DNA of 64,000 nt from Dendrobates tinctorius (taxonomy: Eukaryota). The stretch covers positions 8,742,001 to 8,806,000 of the forward strand of contig NW_027361840.1 of the NCBI RefSeq assembly GCF_039654945.1, read 5' to 3'. Below are positions 11,131 to 23,420 of the stretch, in pieces. The notes below the pieces were generated by a model, which was not told where the DNA came from, did not search any database, and saw nothing but the letters and a program-made list of their open reading frames with translations. The stretch's first letter is position 1. Every line of letters begins with the position of its first letter. Position numbers and translations under genes: made by a program.

Positions 11131-11448
11131 GTTTCCCATAGCAACCAATCATATTTCCATCAATGGCTGCTGTCACACCTGCTTCTGTATTGTATAAATA
11201 AAGTTTATTGAAAGACAGACAATGGAGTCCATAGCAACCAATCAAAACATGTCTTTCATTCCGTATTCTTCAACGGCAGCAGAAGAGCTGGATTCGGATT
11301 GGTTGCTGTATGCGGGCGCTGTACTAACTTTCATTGTGTATAAATAAAGTTTATGGAAATTATTCGCGACCAATCAGTACGCTTCTTACATTTTCTAACT
11401 GAAGGGAAAAATATATGAGCTGGCATCTGATTGGTTGCCATAGGTAAC
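11131..11448. promoter_or_regulatory. RFX X-box-like motifs coupled to CCAAT boxes
   Basis: GTTGCCATAGGTAAC (11434-11448) fits GTNRCC-N0-3-RGYAAC; GTTTCCCATAGCAAC (11131-11145) is a near match. Both have an adjacent CCAAT/ATTGG. Confidence 0.45.
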
Positions 11449-11479
11449 AGGACTAGCTCTGAATAACATCGGGGCTGTG

Positions 11480-11930
11480 TGAGGCCCGGTTGGCGGCCAC
11501 GGAGCCCCGAGAGTCGTGCGCTCACCTGTGTGCGGGGCCGTGCGCTGTCCTCGCCGCTGGGGGTGCAGTCTCCTCCCCTCCCCGTGTTACAGTTGTGACT
11601 GGAGGAAGTGGACGAGTTTGCGCCATTTCCGCTCCGTGTTCTGGGGAGGAGGAGCCGATCAGCCGGAGGCCGCAGAGCCGCGATCCTGCCGGGAAACCTT
11701 GCACCTTCCTCCGGCCTAGACTGGTAACTTGTCCCCGTCGTGTCTGCGGCCCTAACAACTCCGGACAAGCCGCGGCCTGTGGTAAGCGCGCAGCCCGAAA
11801 CACTCTCCAAGTAGGCGGCCTTCCTAGAAAGCGGGAGCCGGGGACGCACAGGAGTGAGAGGCCGGAGGGAGAGCAGCGGCATCATGGCCTGAGAGCGGAG
11901 GACGGAGCCGCCGCCGCCATTGTCCATCCT
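11480..11930. promoter_or_regulatory. CpG-rich bidirectional promoter with putative non-coding first exons of the tubulin gene (-) and setd2 (+)
   Basis: Non-repetitive CpG-dense patch. Minus-strand donor CAG|GTGAGC at 11526/11525; plus-strand donors CTG|GTAACT (11724) and GTG|GTAAGC (11782). ETS GGAAGT at 11604-11609 and YY1-like CGCCATTT at 11621-11628 lie between them. Both first coding exons are preceded by splice acceptors, which implies upstream UTR exons. Confidence 0.7.
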
Positions 11931-11979
11931 GTCTGCAGCCCAGAATCACTGCTGAAAGGGGGAAGCCCTGCTAAAGACC

Positions 11980-12950
11980 GTGCACCCGCGGAGTCACTGC
12001 ACGCCAGTCTCTGCACCCCCAGAGTCACTGCACCCCCGGATTCACTGCACCCCAGGTCTGTGCACCCCCCGGATTCACTGCACCCCTGGTCTCTGCACCC
12101 CCGAAGTCTCTGCACCCCCGGTCTGTGCACCCCCGGTCTGTGCACCCCCGGTCTGTGCACCCCCGGTCTGTGCACCCCCGAAGTCTCTGCCCCCCGGTGT
12201 CTCTGCACCCCCGAAGTCTGTGCACCCCCGGTCTGTGCACCCCCGAAGTCTCTGCACCCCCGGTCTGTGCACCCCCGAAGTCTCTGCACCCCAGGTCTGT
12301 GCACCCCCGAAGTCTCTGCACCCCAGGTCTGTGCACCCCCGAAGTCTCTGCACCCCCGAAGTCTCTGCACCCCCGAAGTCTCTGCACCCCCGAAGTCTCT
12401 GCACCCCCGAAGTCTCTGCACCCCCGAAGTCTCTGCACCCCCAGAGTCACTGCACCCCCAGATTCTCTGCACCCCCGAAGTCTCTGCACCCCAGGTCTCT
12501 GCACCCCCGAAGTCTCTGCACCCCAGGTCTGTGCACCCCCGAAGTCTCTGCACCCCAGGTCTGTGCACCCCCGAAGTCTCTGCACCCCAGGTCTGTGCAC
12601 CTCCGAAGTCTCTGCACCCCAGGTCTGTGCACCACCCCCAGAGTCACTGCACCCCCAGGCCTGTGCACCACCCCGAAGTCACTACATGCTCAGGTCTGTG
12701 CAACACCCAAAGACACTGCACCCCAGTTCCGTGCTCCCCCAAAATCACTGCTGGAAGGGAGAAGCTCTACTAACGTCGCTGCACCCCAGAGTTACTGCTG
12801 CAATGGGGAAGCCCTGCTAGAGTCTGTGCACCGCACCCCAAAGTCACCACCAGCCAATGAGAGGGAAGCCCTGCTAAAGTCTGCACCCCCAAATCACTGG
12901 TGGAACGAGATAAACTCCTTCTGAAATCTGCACCCCCAAAGTCAAGGACT
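11980..12950. repeat. 16-17-bp minisatellite in the first setd2 intron
   Basis: Unit GTCTCTGCACCCCCGAA / GTCTGTGCACCCCCG, decaying towards about 13.2 kb. Confidence 0.95.
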
Positions 12951-13784
12951 GATGAGAGGGGAGACTTGCTGGAGACTGCACCTCAGGTCAGTGCATTCCC
13001 AAAATCCCTGGAGCCGTGCTGAAATCTGCACCCAAAGTCTCTGTTCCCCAAAACCACTGCTGAAAGCAGCGCCCTGCTGAAAAGTCTGCACCCCAAATCT
13101 GTGCACTGTCACCAGCGGCTGATGGAAGGAGAGGGAGGCTGCACCCTAAAATCACTGATGGAAGGAGGGGATCTCTATTGAGCAACACTTCTGCACCATA
13201 ATATCTAGGAAAATCTATTGTGCCCCCCAAAGTCATCAGGACCTTTGTCAGATTGTAGTTGAGGGCCTTGAACACAAATCTTTAGGGAACCCTGCTGTGT
13301 GCACCCTGATATCAGGAATTAATCCTTTTGTAAGCACCTTAATATCTGGAACTCCTTCACCCCGATACCTTAAAGCTGTTTGCAGTTCGCTGCGCTCAGT
13401 CTCTAGAGGCTCTCTGTGTGCACCCTAATATTTGCCATTGATAAGGACTTCTTCACTCTCTTGAAGCTTCAGCATCCCTCTGAAGGTGTTTTTCCTGCAC
13501 CCACCCAGTCTGAGGATATGTGAGCCCCCCCAATATCTGGAGATAACATTATCTGGAGCTCCTTCACCCCAATATCTTTGGATCATCTTATCTGGAGTTA
13601 TTTTCTGCGTGAACCCCAATATTTGACATTGACGACGTCTCTAGGATCTGTTCTCCCTCTGGATCCCTGTTTCCAGGGGTGTCCGGTGATTGACCCATTT
13701 GAAGTCCTCCTTTCCTGCACCCCGTCTCTCTGGAGTCGCTCCCCCACCTCTCCACAGGCTGGATGCCTTGCTCCACCACTGACA

Positions 13785-13819
13785 ATGGGGGATTTCTATG
13801 ATCCTGAACACCCAACTGA
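13785..13819 (+). CDS. setd2: SETD2 first coding exon (exon 13758-13819)
   Basis: ccacag| at 13757. ACAATGG in strong Kozak context encodes MGDFYDPEHPT(E), matching the vertebrate SETD2 N-terminus; donor GA|gtaagt. Confidence 0.92.
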
Positions 13820-14439
13820 GTAAGTATATCTCGCCTGTCTGTTAGTCGCACCCCAAAATGATCAGGGGCCTGCCCCCTCCATATCACTCCGTGATCCACC
13901 TCTGAAGGTTCACAGTGTTGTATGGAGGGGAGATATGTATGATGATTATAAGCCTGCGATGGGTGTGTATTTGTGGGGTATTAATGATCTCCCCCCCCCC
14001 CCCCTCACTTCCTGCCCCGACATGTGAGACCGTTATCTCCGAGCCGCACCTCATCTCTGCTACATTCCTATGTATCCCTAACTATCTAATATTAACTACA
14101 ACTCCCAGCATGACTTGCCTGCCTTCTGGGATTTGTAGTGACCCACAGAGGCATGTTAGTGTCCTCAGCTGATGGAAATGTATGATTGTAAGAAGTGGCC
14201 CACGGTCACCTGTAATATACTGTGTATGTGATAAGAGTAGAGTGTGTGCAGAACGCCATAGATGTGATACAACATGGGGGCGCTCATATTTACTTAGTGA
14301 CTTATAAGCTCGGTGTATCCAGCTGCCCTCGGTCTCAGTGGATAAGTGCAGATTCCAGCGGTCATCCATCCATTATGCCGGCCTTCCTGTTAGGTGTAGT
14401 TGTCAGCGGTCAGGCTGATAGCTGATGTGAATGGGGGTT

Positions 14440-16080
14440 AAGATAGGAAAATAATGACCCTATAAAATATATAGTGGCCTCCAAATCGGGACATTTTTTA
14501 TCTTTAACAATGCAATATGCGTTTAGTCAGCACCAGCAAAAGCATTCTTATTACCCCGGACAATGAGATATCGACTACAAGTCTTGTCAAAGCAGTAAAA
14601 AGTTCAAAGTGCAATGAATTAGTGATGCCTAGATTATCCAATGTAACATCAATATTCAGTCAATACAACTGGAAGGGGGAAAGGGAAGAAAGAGGAAGGG
14701 GGAAAGGCAGAACAACATCTTCTTAAGCCAACATGGTGACAGTCGTCCCATGCAGCCCAGTTACGGTTAAATGAATGAAGCCCGCTTGGAGCGTCTCCAT
14801 CTGCCTGGTCTCCATGATCCTCGCTGGTGCTCCTTAATAATGGGAGCAGATGTTTTCTCCCATTGGGAGGCAATAAGGCATTTAGCCGTTGTTCATATAT
14901 AGAGGAGCAGCCTGGCAGGATGTTTTCCCATAGAGCGAGGAGGTACATTGAGCAGGGAGGTCAGAGGATCTAGCACCAGGAATTAATTTCCTGGAAGAAG
15001 TCGGGGACATTATGTCTATACAGAGACTCAAAAGACCCCATTATAAAGACACCAAGGTATTTGCGTTTGTCTCTCCAGGCGAATTTAAGTTTTCCTCGTG
15101 GGACCCGCACTGCTGAGTGAGGTTATTGGGGGGGGGGGGGGGGGGGCTTCAGTTTTTGTAGTTTTTACTTTATATCCTGAAATGCTCCATATTCCATTAA
15201 AGTAGCATGTAATTGGGTAAGGAGACTTGTGGATTGCATAAAGTGAGAAGAATGTCGTCTGCTAAAAGACAACTTGAAGTCCTACCCCTTTACTGGGAAT
15301 CCCTGAATGTTCTGGTTATACCTTATGTTGCAGGCCAAGGGGAGATGGGGGCATCACTGTCTAGATCCATTAAAAATATTATTACGTGAGGGAGCGTAAC
15401 TACTTAACTGGGTGAGGAGTAGAGCGTTATGGCTTAGAGCAAAGGACCCGAGAAACCGGATCTGTTTAAAGGCGCAAATCAAGACGGCCACTTCAGCCTA
15501 TCAGGCACCTTCAAAGCAGCGAGACTGAAGGCCCCGTCACACATAGCGAGATCGCTGTAGCGTCACCGATTTGGTGACGCGACCTCGCCAGCGATCTCGC
15601 TAAGTGTGACATGTAGCGGCAACCAGGCCCCCGCTGTGATGTCGCTGATCATGCTGGAATGTCCTGCGCCATTTTTTGATCGCTGTTGACCCGCTGGCCA
15701 GCATGCATCGCTGTGTTTGACACCGACGAGCGACCTCGTTAGCGACTCAGAAATCGTGGACGCAGGTGGGAGTCGTCAGAATCGCTGCTGTGTGACAAGG
15801 TCCCAACGACCGCCGAGGTCATTATATGGATCGTTGCTGCATTGTTGAATAAATCTGCCTTTTTGACGGCCATGTAGCGACGGACCAGCGATCCTTACCA
15901 GGTCGTATCATTGTCAGGATCGCTGGTGCGTCGCTTAGTGTAACGGTACCTTAAGTAAAAGACCAGACCGTTCGCATCTTTTAAGAACATCAGCTCAGTA
16001 GTGAGCGTGGACATGTAAAAGCTGAGATCCAGAGATTAGGAACAGGACATTTACAGGACATTTCATAGCTTTCCCATCTT
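14440..16080 (-). mobile_element. Degraded L1-type LINE ORF2 (RT) fragment, interrupted by a MITE
   Basis: Minus strand near 15270 reads LLADDILLTLCNP (RT xADD motif); many stops and frameshifts. Confidence 0.55.
15530..15950. mobile_element. PIF/Harbinger-type MITE
   Basis: Imperfect TIRs GGCCCCGTCACACATAGCGA ... TCGCTTAGTGTAACGGTACC and an internally palindromic body; related to the copies at 31.1 kb and 60.5 kb. Confidence 0.7.
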
Positions 16081-16663
16081 TCATAAAAACCCCTTACATC
16101 ACATCCTGCAGTGTCGGAGGCAGTCCATTTTACTTAGAATCCACCAAAATGGACACTGACTCCGAGACTCCCGACTCCACAGCCCTGGAAGGCACATAAG
16201 TATAAATCTGATCATACGCTTGGGGATTGGTGTAAATATGGGGTGTAGTAATTGTGACCCAAGCCAGATGTGTATGAGGAGGACTGACACCGACTTGCCA
16301 GGGTTCTCGCCTTTTGTTTGGTGCACACATCATCAGCATTGTAGATAGGGTTTAGTAGAGTGTCATCCGTGTGCTGCTGAAAAAATCCAGGGGAAGAGGA
16401 AACCCGCAGCCTTTCCATCAGTGTGGATTTTTATTGCAGTAATTCACACTTGCTGTCTGGTTTACCAGCAACAGGAGCAGAATTTCCGCCCTCATTAGCT
16501 CCACGTGGTCGTCCCCTTAGAGCGCAGCGTAGCCCTGTATATATGTGAGTGGATATAACTGTCTGCTCAGGCTCTGTGGACCTGCCAAGTGCAGGTCCTG
16601 GTCCAGTCTCCTGTACATAAAGCTCTCGGGTTCTCCGGCATCATCGCGTGCCCGTCCACATTA

Positions 16664-17147
16664 GGCCTGTTTCACACATCAGTTTTTTCAACAGTTAAAA
16701 TCCGCCAAAATGGCGGACAACGGATCCGTTCCTGTACTGACCACAACGTTTGGCACCGGACCGTTGTTTTAACGGATCCGGTGAAGGAGGAATTTTAAAG
16801 GAACCGCTTCCCAGGGAAGAGAGAGAGAGAATTTTTTTTCAGACGCCAGAACTGAGTTTAGGGTTAAATTACCGACACAGGCATTTCTCCCGGGCATGCG
16901 CAGTAGAAAATGCGGAGCCGGCCGGGGAAAAAACATTTCATTGTCCTTCCTGCCCGCTCAGCGGACGGCAAAATCTTGGCGGATCCGTTAAAAAACGGAT
17001 CGAACGGATGACCATCCGTCAAGATCCGCCGTTAATACAAGTCAATGGGGAAAAAACGGTTCCGCCAAGAAAAATGGCGGATCCGTTTTTTTTGCAAAAC
17101 GGCAGATTTTGACTGATGGGGGGAAAAACGGATGTGTGAAACAGGCC
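16664..17147. mobile_element. PIF/Harbinger-type MITE with TTA target duplication
   Basis: TTA-GGCCTGTTTCACACATC ... GATGTGTGAAACAGGCC-TTA. Confidence 0.88.
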
Positions 17148-19657
17148 TTAGGAGGTGACCGGCGCAGATGGACATGCAGCGGCAGATTCTCGCCAGGACA
17201 GGAGGCACACACATTCTTGCGGGAATCTGCCGATGCAGCGCCATCCGCGCCTGTCACCTCCCAATGTGGATGTGCCGGGATCCCTATATCATTGTGCAGT
17301 GAAAGGTTGACTTTGGCTATGTACGCACATTAAGTATTTGCTGCGGTTTTTTTTCTTTACAGATTTGCCACAAAAACTGAAGCATTTCCTTGTGCCAGCA
17401 AAGTACTGAGATCCCTGTAGCCTCGTGCACACCGCACTTAGTTGCTTATCTTGCAGATTTGAAGCAGTTTCATTTCTGCAGCCTCAGTCCTTTCAGCATA
17501 TTTGCAGCATTTTTCACTATTCTAATGGGGAAAAATGCTTCAAAAAGCCACGTATTTTTTGCTGTGTTTTTCTACCAACACATCAGAATTTACAGCTGAT
17601 GTTTCTGCTGCACGTACACACTGTGGGGAACTTATTAAAGGGATCCTGTCACCAGTTTTGGCCGATATAAGATACGGCCATCACCTTTCAGGGCTGATGT
17701 ACAGCATTCTGTAGTGCTGTAGATAAGCCCCATATCTTACCTGCAAGAGAAGAAAAATGAGCTTCACTATTCTCACCTGTGGGGCGGTCCGGTCTGATGG
17801 GTTTCGCTCTTCTTGGTCCAGCGCCTTCCATCTTCTTGCGATGCCGCCGTCCTGCTTGCTTCATGTGGATGACGCGTCCCTGCATCATCCACACAGGCGT
17901 ACTTCTCTGCCTTGTTGAGGGCAGAGCAAAGTACTGCAGTGCACAGGCTCTGGGAAAGGTCAGAGAGGCCCAGATTGGTAGAGATCTCAGCTGTCAGACA
18001 CCAAATTATCTGGGGGGCCTCTGCTATTCTGTGGATCGGTGATTACATGATCTTAATGGAATACCACTTTAAGCTTAGAAAACTTTGTAGCTGCCTCTGG
18101 TCTATGCAGTGGGCGCTACGTCAGACCTCCCCCAAAAGGCTGGTGCTAGGGTGAGGATGTGAATCACGAGGCCGTTGGGACCATTGATGGCAGCAATTGG
18201 GTTCAGATTCATCAAGATGAGTGATCCTGTGGCGGTAAATTAGATCAGTCCCGTCACTCCCAGATCCTGCAGTCGGGGTTGGCGTCCTGGCTGTACATGG
18301 CAGTAGAGGGAGACCCTTGATCTTGATTTGGGGGACCACCTTTAAGGTCCTTTTACACAGACAAACCATTGGCACAATATATGATGGTCAATCAGTAAAC
18401 TTCTAGGCAGAGAGTAAATGATGCACACTGTAGTAGATCGCTCCGCGCATAGGCCGCCGTTGTTCTTGGGAGCGCATAGAGGATGATGCTCGGACGTGAG
18501 CGAATATCCCTTATGCTGCACAGAAGATTGTTTCATCCGATGAGCGAGTGTTTTGCTCATTCATCTGGTGCTCGGCAGCCTGTTTATATGGCAAGATAAT
18601 CGTGAAATGTTTTTCGCCATGAACGTTTTATTCAGTGTAAATTCCCCTCTAGGGTCCAGGCGGTCATGCACTTTGACCTCCCGGATGACATTGGTATGTA
18701 TAACTGATAATCGGCCACCGATGATGGGCAGACGGGCTCTGGGCCGGGGAGAGTTGTTAGTCCAGTCCAGGGTGGACGTCGTCAGTTGGATCAGGGTTAT
18801 GCACTTAAAGGTCTGCAGAATTGTGACACATCTTGCTTTATCCTGCAGTTGCTCTGGGGAAGGGGCGCGTTTATACTGCCGTCCATGAATGATGGGTTTC
18901 AGGCCTGTCCTCCTTCTCCGGACTCCCTGGATGGGTCCGGCACTCGGCTGTTCTACTCGCATCGCTCCTCGGCCGCTGTCTTAGATGCTTAACATTGCTG
19001 AGCAGCAGTCAGCAAGGCTTTTAATAGCTTGTGCCTTAAGCGACTGGTCCAACAACTGGATCTCAGGGTCGTCCATGGATGAGCCGAGAGAAATGTCCAT
19101 TGTAGATCACATCAATGGTTTGCAATCATGGCAGCTCGTCATAACCCAAATGCTATGGGTAGCTCCATTGTATTGTCGTGGAGAGACTCTGTGCTTCCTA
19201 TACTTTATACCTCCATGGAGAGAGAAGTGTAACACCTGTTTGTATCCTTCACCCTCCTGTGACAGAGCGACGTTGCAGGAGAGGCACTCTGATGACTACA
19301 GGTTGTGTCTTATGGGAGTTGTAGTCCTGTAGGGTCGGCAGAGCACTCGAGCCCCCCCAGCGTCTCGTGACCTCAGATGATCACAGTCACTTAGTGTAAA
19401 GTCTGCAGCTGTAACGGGGGCCAACGTGACCCCATAGACGTAAGATAATCTGCTTAACCCAGAGCCGCAGCTGAATATCTGATGTGATTATCTGATAGGT
19501 AGCAGTTGAGGAGGAAGAGGATGGGACATATTTAATTTCAGCATGCTCCATCCATTTTTTCCTTTGGCGATCTGTCTGGCAACGACTTATCCTCCATTGC
19601 ACCTTGTAGAGACCGATCCGCTGAACCCGATGTGAATAACGGGATCGGGAGGAATTG

Positions 19658-20965
19658 CTGAACTCCCCACAAACCCCAAATAAACAGCAGTCTGTGTCTC
19701 CATGTATATGACTGAGCCCGGAGCTGAACTCCCCATAAACCCCAAATAAACAGCAGTCTGTGTCTCCATGTATATGGCTGAGCCCGGAGCTGAACTCCCC
19801 ATAAACCCCAAATAAACAGCAGCCTGTGTCTCCGTGTATATGGCTGAGCCCGGAGCTGAACTCCCCATAAACTCCAAATAAACAGCAGCCTGTGTCTCCC
19901 TGTATATGGCTGAGCCCGGAGCTAAACTCCTCACAAACCCCAAATAAGCAGCAGCCTGTGTCTCCCTGTATATGGCTGAGCCTGGAGCTGAACTCCTCAC
20001 AAACCCCAAATAAAAAGCAGCCTTTATCTCCCTGTATATGGCTGAGCCCGGAGCTAAACTCACAAACCCCAAATAAGCAGCAGTCTGTGTCTCTATGTAT
20101 ATGGCTGAGCCTGGAGCTGAACTCCCCATAAACCCCAAATAAACAGCAGCCTGTGTCTCCCTGTATATGGCTAAGCCCGGAGCTGAACTCCCCATAAACC
20201 CCAAATAAAGAGCAGCCTGTGTCTCCATGTATATGGCTGAGCCTGGAGCTGAACGCCCCATAAACCCCAAATAAACAGCAGCCTGTGTCTCCCTGTATAT
20301 GGCTGAGCCCGGAGCTAAACTCACAAACCCCAAATAAGCAGCAGCCTGTGTCTCCCTGTATATGGCTAAGCCCGGAGCTGAACTCCCCACAAACCCCAAA
20401 TAAACAGCAGCCTGTGTCTCCCTGTATATGGCTGAGCCCGGAGCTGAACTCCCCACAAACCCCAAATAAACAGCAGCCTGTGTCTCCCTGTATATGGCTG
20501 AGCCCGGAGCTGAACTCCCCACAAACCCCAAATAAACAGCAGCCTGTGTCTCCCTGTATATGGCTGAGCCCGGAGCTGAACTCCTCACAAACCCCAAATA
20601 AGCAGCAGTCTGTGTCTCCCTGTATATGGCTGAACTCCCCTCAAACTCAAATAAATGGCAGCCTGTGTCTCCCTGTATATGGCTGATCCCGGAGCAGTAC
20701 TCTCCACAGACCCCCGACCCCCCCCCCCCCCCCCAAAAAAAAAAAAAAAGAAGAAAAAGCAGCCTGTGTCTCCCTGTATGTGGCTTATTCCGGAGCTGAA
20801 CTCACTCCCCACAAACCCCAAGTAAATGGCAGCTTATGTCTCCCTGTATAGGACTGAGCCCGGAGCTGAACTCCCCACAAACCCCCCCCCCCCCCCCCCC
20901 CTCGAAAAAAAAGAAAAAAAGTCAGCCTGTGTCTCCATGTATATGGCTTAACCCAGAGCTGGACT
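19658..20965. repeat. About 66-bp tandem repeat
   Basis: Unit AAACCCCAAATAAACAGCAGCCTGTGTCTCCCTGTATATGGCTGAGCCCGGAGCTGAACTCCCCAT; 22-aa period in the spurious ORF. Confidence 0.95.
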
Positions 20966-21459
20966 TGCTGTATTGTGTCCCTTACCTGTCATCAGCCCAT
21001 GGCAGCATTCACTATATAGAACCATGTCGGATGGCCCTCAGGTCGCTGCACAGCCATTAGCACTGTTATATTAGGGGCGTGAACACTTTTTTTTTTTTTT
21101 TTCACTTTTACCCTTTAAATCATGCGGCTTGTATTCTTAATGTGTGTGTATTTGTCTTTCAGGGCAGAAAAAGATGATGAGACAGAACAGGAGGAATCGC
21201 AGAGGCCTCCTGACCAACAGTAAATGCACTTGTTTGTGACTATACATATATGTGACTACATCATTATCTGCAGTCTCTGCACCCCCCACCCCAGTACATA
21301 AGGGGAAGGGGAAAGACGCCACAATGGAGGCCCCTGCTGTGTCTGATAAGGCCTGTGGTTTCTGTCATCCATATGTGTAGTAATGGGGCGTTCTTATTTA
21401 GCGGTTTTCTACCCAGCGTGTAATAAGTAGAGTCCATAAAACCTCCCATAGATCAGAAT

Positions 21460-22170
21460 CCCAGAGCTGTACTCGCTGTTCTGCTGGTGCAGTTACTGTG
21501 CACATACTTTACCTTACTTATTCTGTACTGATCCTGAGTAACATCCTGTATTATACCCCAGAGCTGCACTCACTATTCTGCTGGTGCAGTCTCTGTGTAC
21601 ATACATTACATTACTGATCCTGAGTTACATCCTGTATTATACCCCAGAGCTGCACTCACTATTCTGCTGGTGCAGTCTCTGTGTACATACATTACATTAC
21701 TGATCCTGTGTTACATCCTGTATTATACCCCAGAGCTGCACTCACTATTCTGCTGGGACAGTCACTGTGTATATACATTACATTACTGATCCTGAGTTAC
21801 CTCCTGTATCCCCAGAGCTGCGCTCACTATTCTGCTGGTGCAGTCACTGTGTACATACATTACATTACTGATCCTGAGTTACATCCTGTATTATACCCCA
21901 GAGCTGCGCTCACTATTCTGCTGGTGCAGTCACTGTGTACATACATTACATTACTGATCCTGAGTTACATCCTGTATTATACTCCAGAGCTGCACTCACT
22001 ATTCTGCTGGTGCAGTCACTGTGTACATACATTACATTACTGATCCTGAGTTACATCCTGTATTATACTCCAGAGCTGCACTCACTATTCTGCTGGTGCA
22101 GTCACTGTGTACGTACATTACATTACTGATCCTGAGTTACATACTGTATTATACTCCAGAGCTGTACTCT
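21460..22170. repeat. 86-bp satellite-like tandem repeat
   Basis: Unit CCAGAGCTGCACTCACTATTCTGCTGGTGCAGTCACTGTGTACATACATTAC...; period 21595->21681. Confidence 0.95.
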
Positions 22171-22242
22171 GTAGTTTTCAACTTCTGAGGTGAAGTCTTC
22201 CATTATTTGCTGTTTGTTCGGTGTCTGCACATTGTGTGTTCG

Positions 22243-23420
22243 GGACGGGGTCTCTCTGTGTAGCTGCTTGCTGAGCGGTGAGGACGGGGTCTCTCCGTGT
22301 CGCTGCTTGTTGAGCGGTGAGGATGGGGTCTCTCCGTGTCGCTGCTTGCTGAGCGGTGAGGACGGGGTCTCTCCGTGTCGCTGCTTGTTGAGCGGTGAGG
22401 ACGGGGTCTCTCCGTGTCGCTGCTTGCTGAGCGGTGAGGAGGGGGTCTCTCCGTGTCGCTGCTTGCTGAGCGGTGAGGACGGGGTCTCTCCGTGTAGCTG
22501 CTTGCTGAGCGGTGTGGACGGGGTCTCTCCGTGTCGCTGCTTGCTGAGCGGTGAGGGCAGGGTCTCTCCGTGTAGCTGCTTGCTGAGCGGTGAGGACGGG
22601 GTCTCTCCGTGTCGCTGCTTGCTGAGCGGTGAGGGCGGGGTCTCTCCGTGTTCCTGCTTGCTGAGCGGTGAGGGCAGGGTCTCTCCGTGTAGCTGCTTGC
22701 TGAGCGGTGTGGACGGGGTCTCTCCGTGTCGCTGCTTGCTGAGCGGTGAGGACGGGGTCTCTCCGTGTCGCTGCTTGCTGAGCGGTGAGGACGGGGTCTC
22801 TCCGTGTCGCTGCTTGCTAAGCGGTGAGGGCGGGGTCTCTCCGTGTCGCTTTTTGCTGAGCGGTGAGGGCGGGGTCTCTCCGTGTCGCTGCTTGCTGAGC
22901 GGTGAGGGCGGGGTCTCTCTGTGTCGCTGCTTGCTGAGCGGTGAGGGCGGGGTCTCTCTGTGTCGCTGCTTGCTGAGCGGTGAGGGCGGGGTCTCTCTGT
23001 GTCGCTGCTTGCTGAGCGGTGAGGGCGGGGTCTCTCTGTGTCGCTGCTTGCTGAGCGGTGAGGGCGGGGTCTCCGTGTCGCTGCTTGCTGAGCGGTGAGG
23101 GCGGGGTCTCTCCGTGTCGCTGCTTGCTGAGCGGTGAGGGCGGGGTCTCTCCGTGTCGCTGCTTGCTGAGCGGTGAGGGCGGGGTCTCTCCGTGTCGCTG
23201 CTTGCTGAGCGGTGAGGGCGGGGTCTCCGTGTCGCTGCTTGCTGAGCGGTGAGGACGGGGTCTCTCCGTGTCGCTGCTTGCTGAGCGGTGAGGGCGGGGT
23301 CTCTCCGTGTCGGTGCTTGCTGAGCGGTGAGGACGGGGTCTCTCCGTGTCGCTGCTTGCTGAGCGGTGAGGGCGGGGTCTCTCCGTGTCGCTGCTTGCTG
23401 AGCGGTGAGGGCGGGGTCTC
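22243..23420. repeat. 39-bp tandem repeat (about 30 copies)
   Basis: Unit GGGGTCTCTCCGTGTCGCTGCTTGCTGAGCGGTGAGGAC/GGC. Confidence 0.97.

Noticed and set aside
11490-12773. 427-aa ORF from the CpG island as an N-terminal SETD2 extension
   Set aside because: It starts at TTG, runs through the minisatellite and has no SETD2 similarity.
19658-23420. Regular repeats as CRISPR arrays, or Cys-rich ORFs as keratin-associated or metallothionein-like proteins
   Set aside because: Head-to-tail units with no unique spacers, no cas genes and a vertebrate intron context; the ORFs just reflect unit lengths divisible by three.
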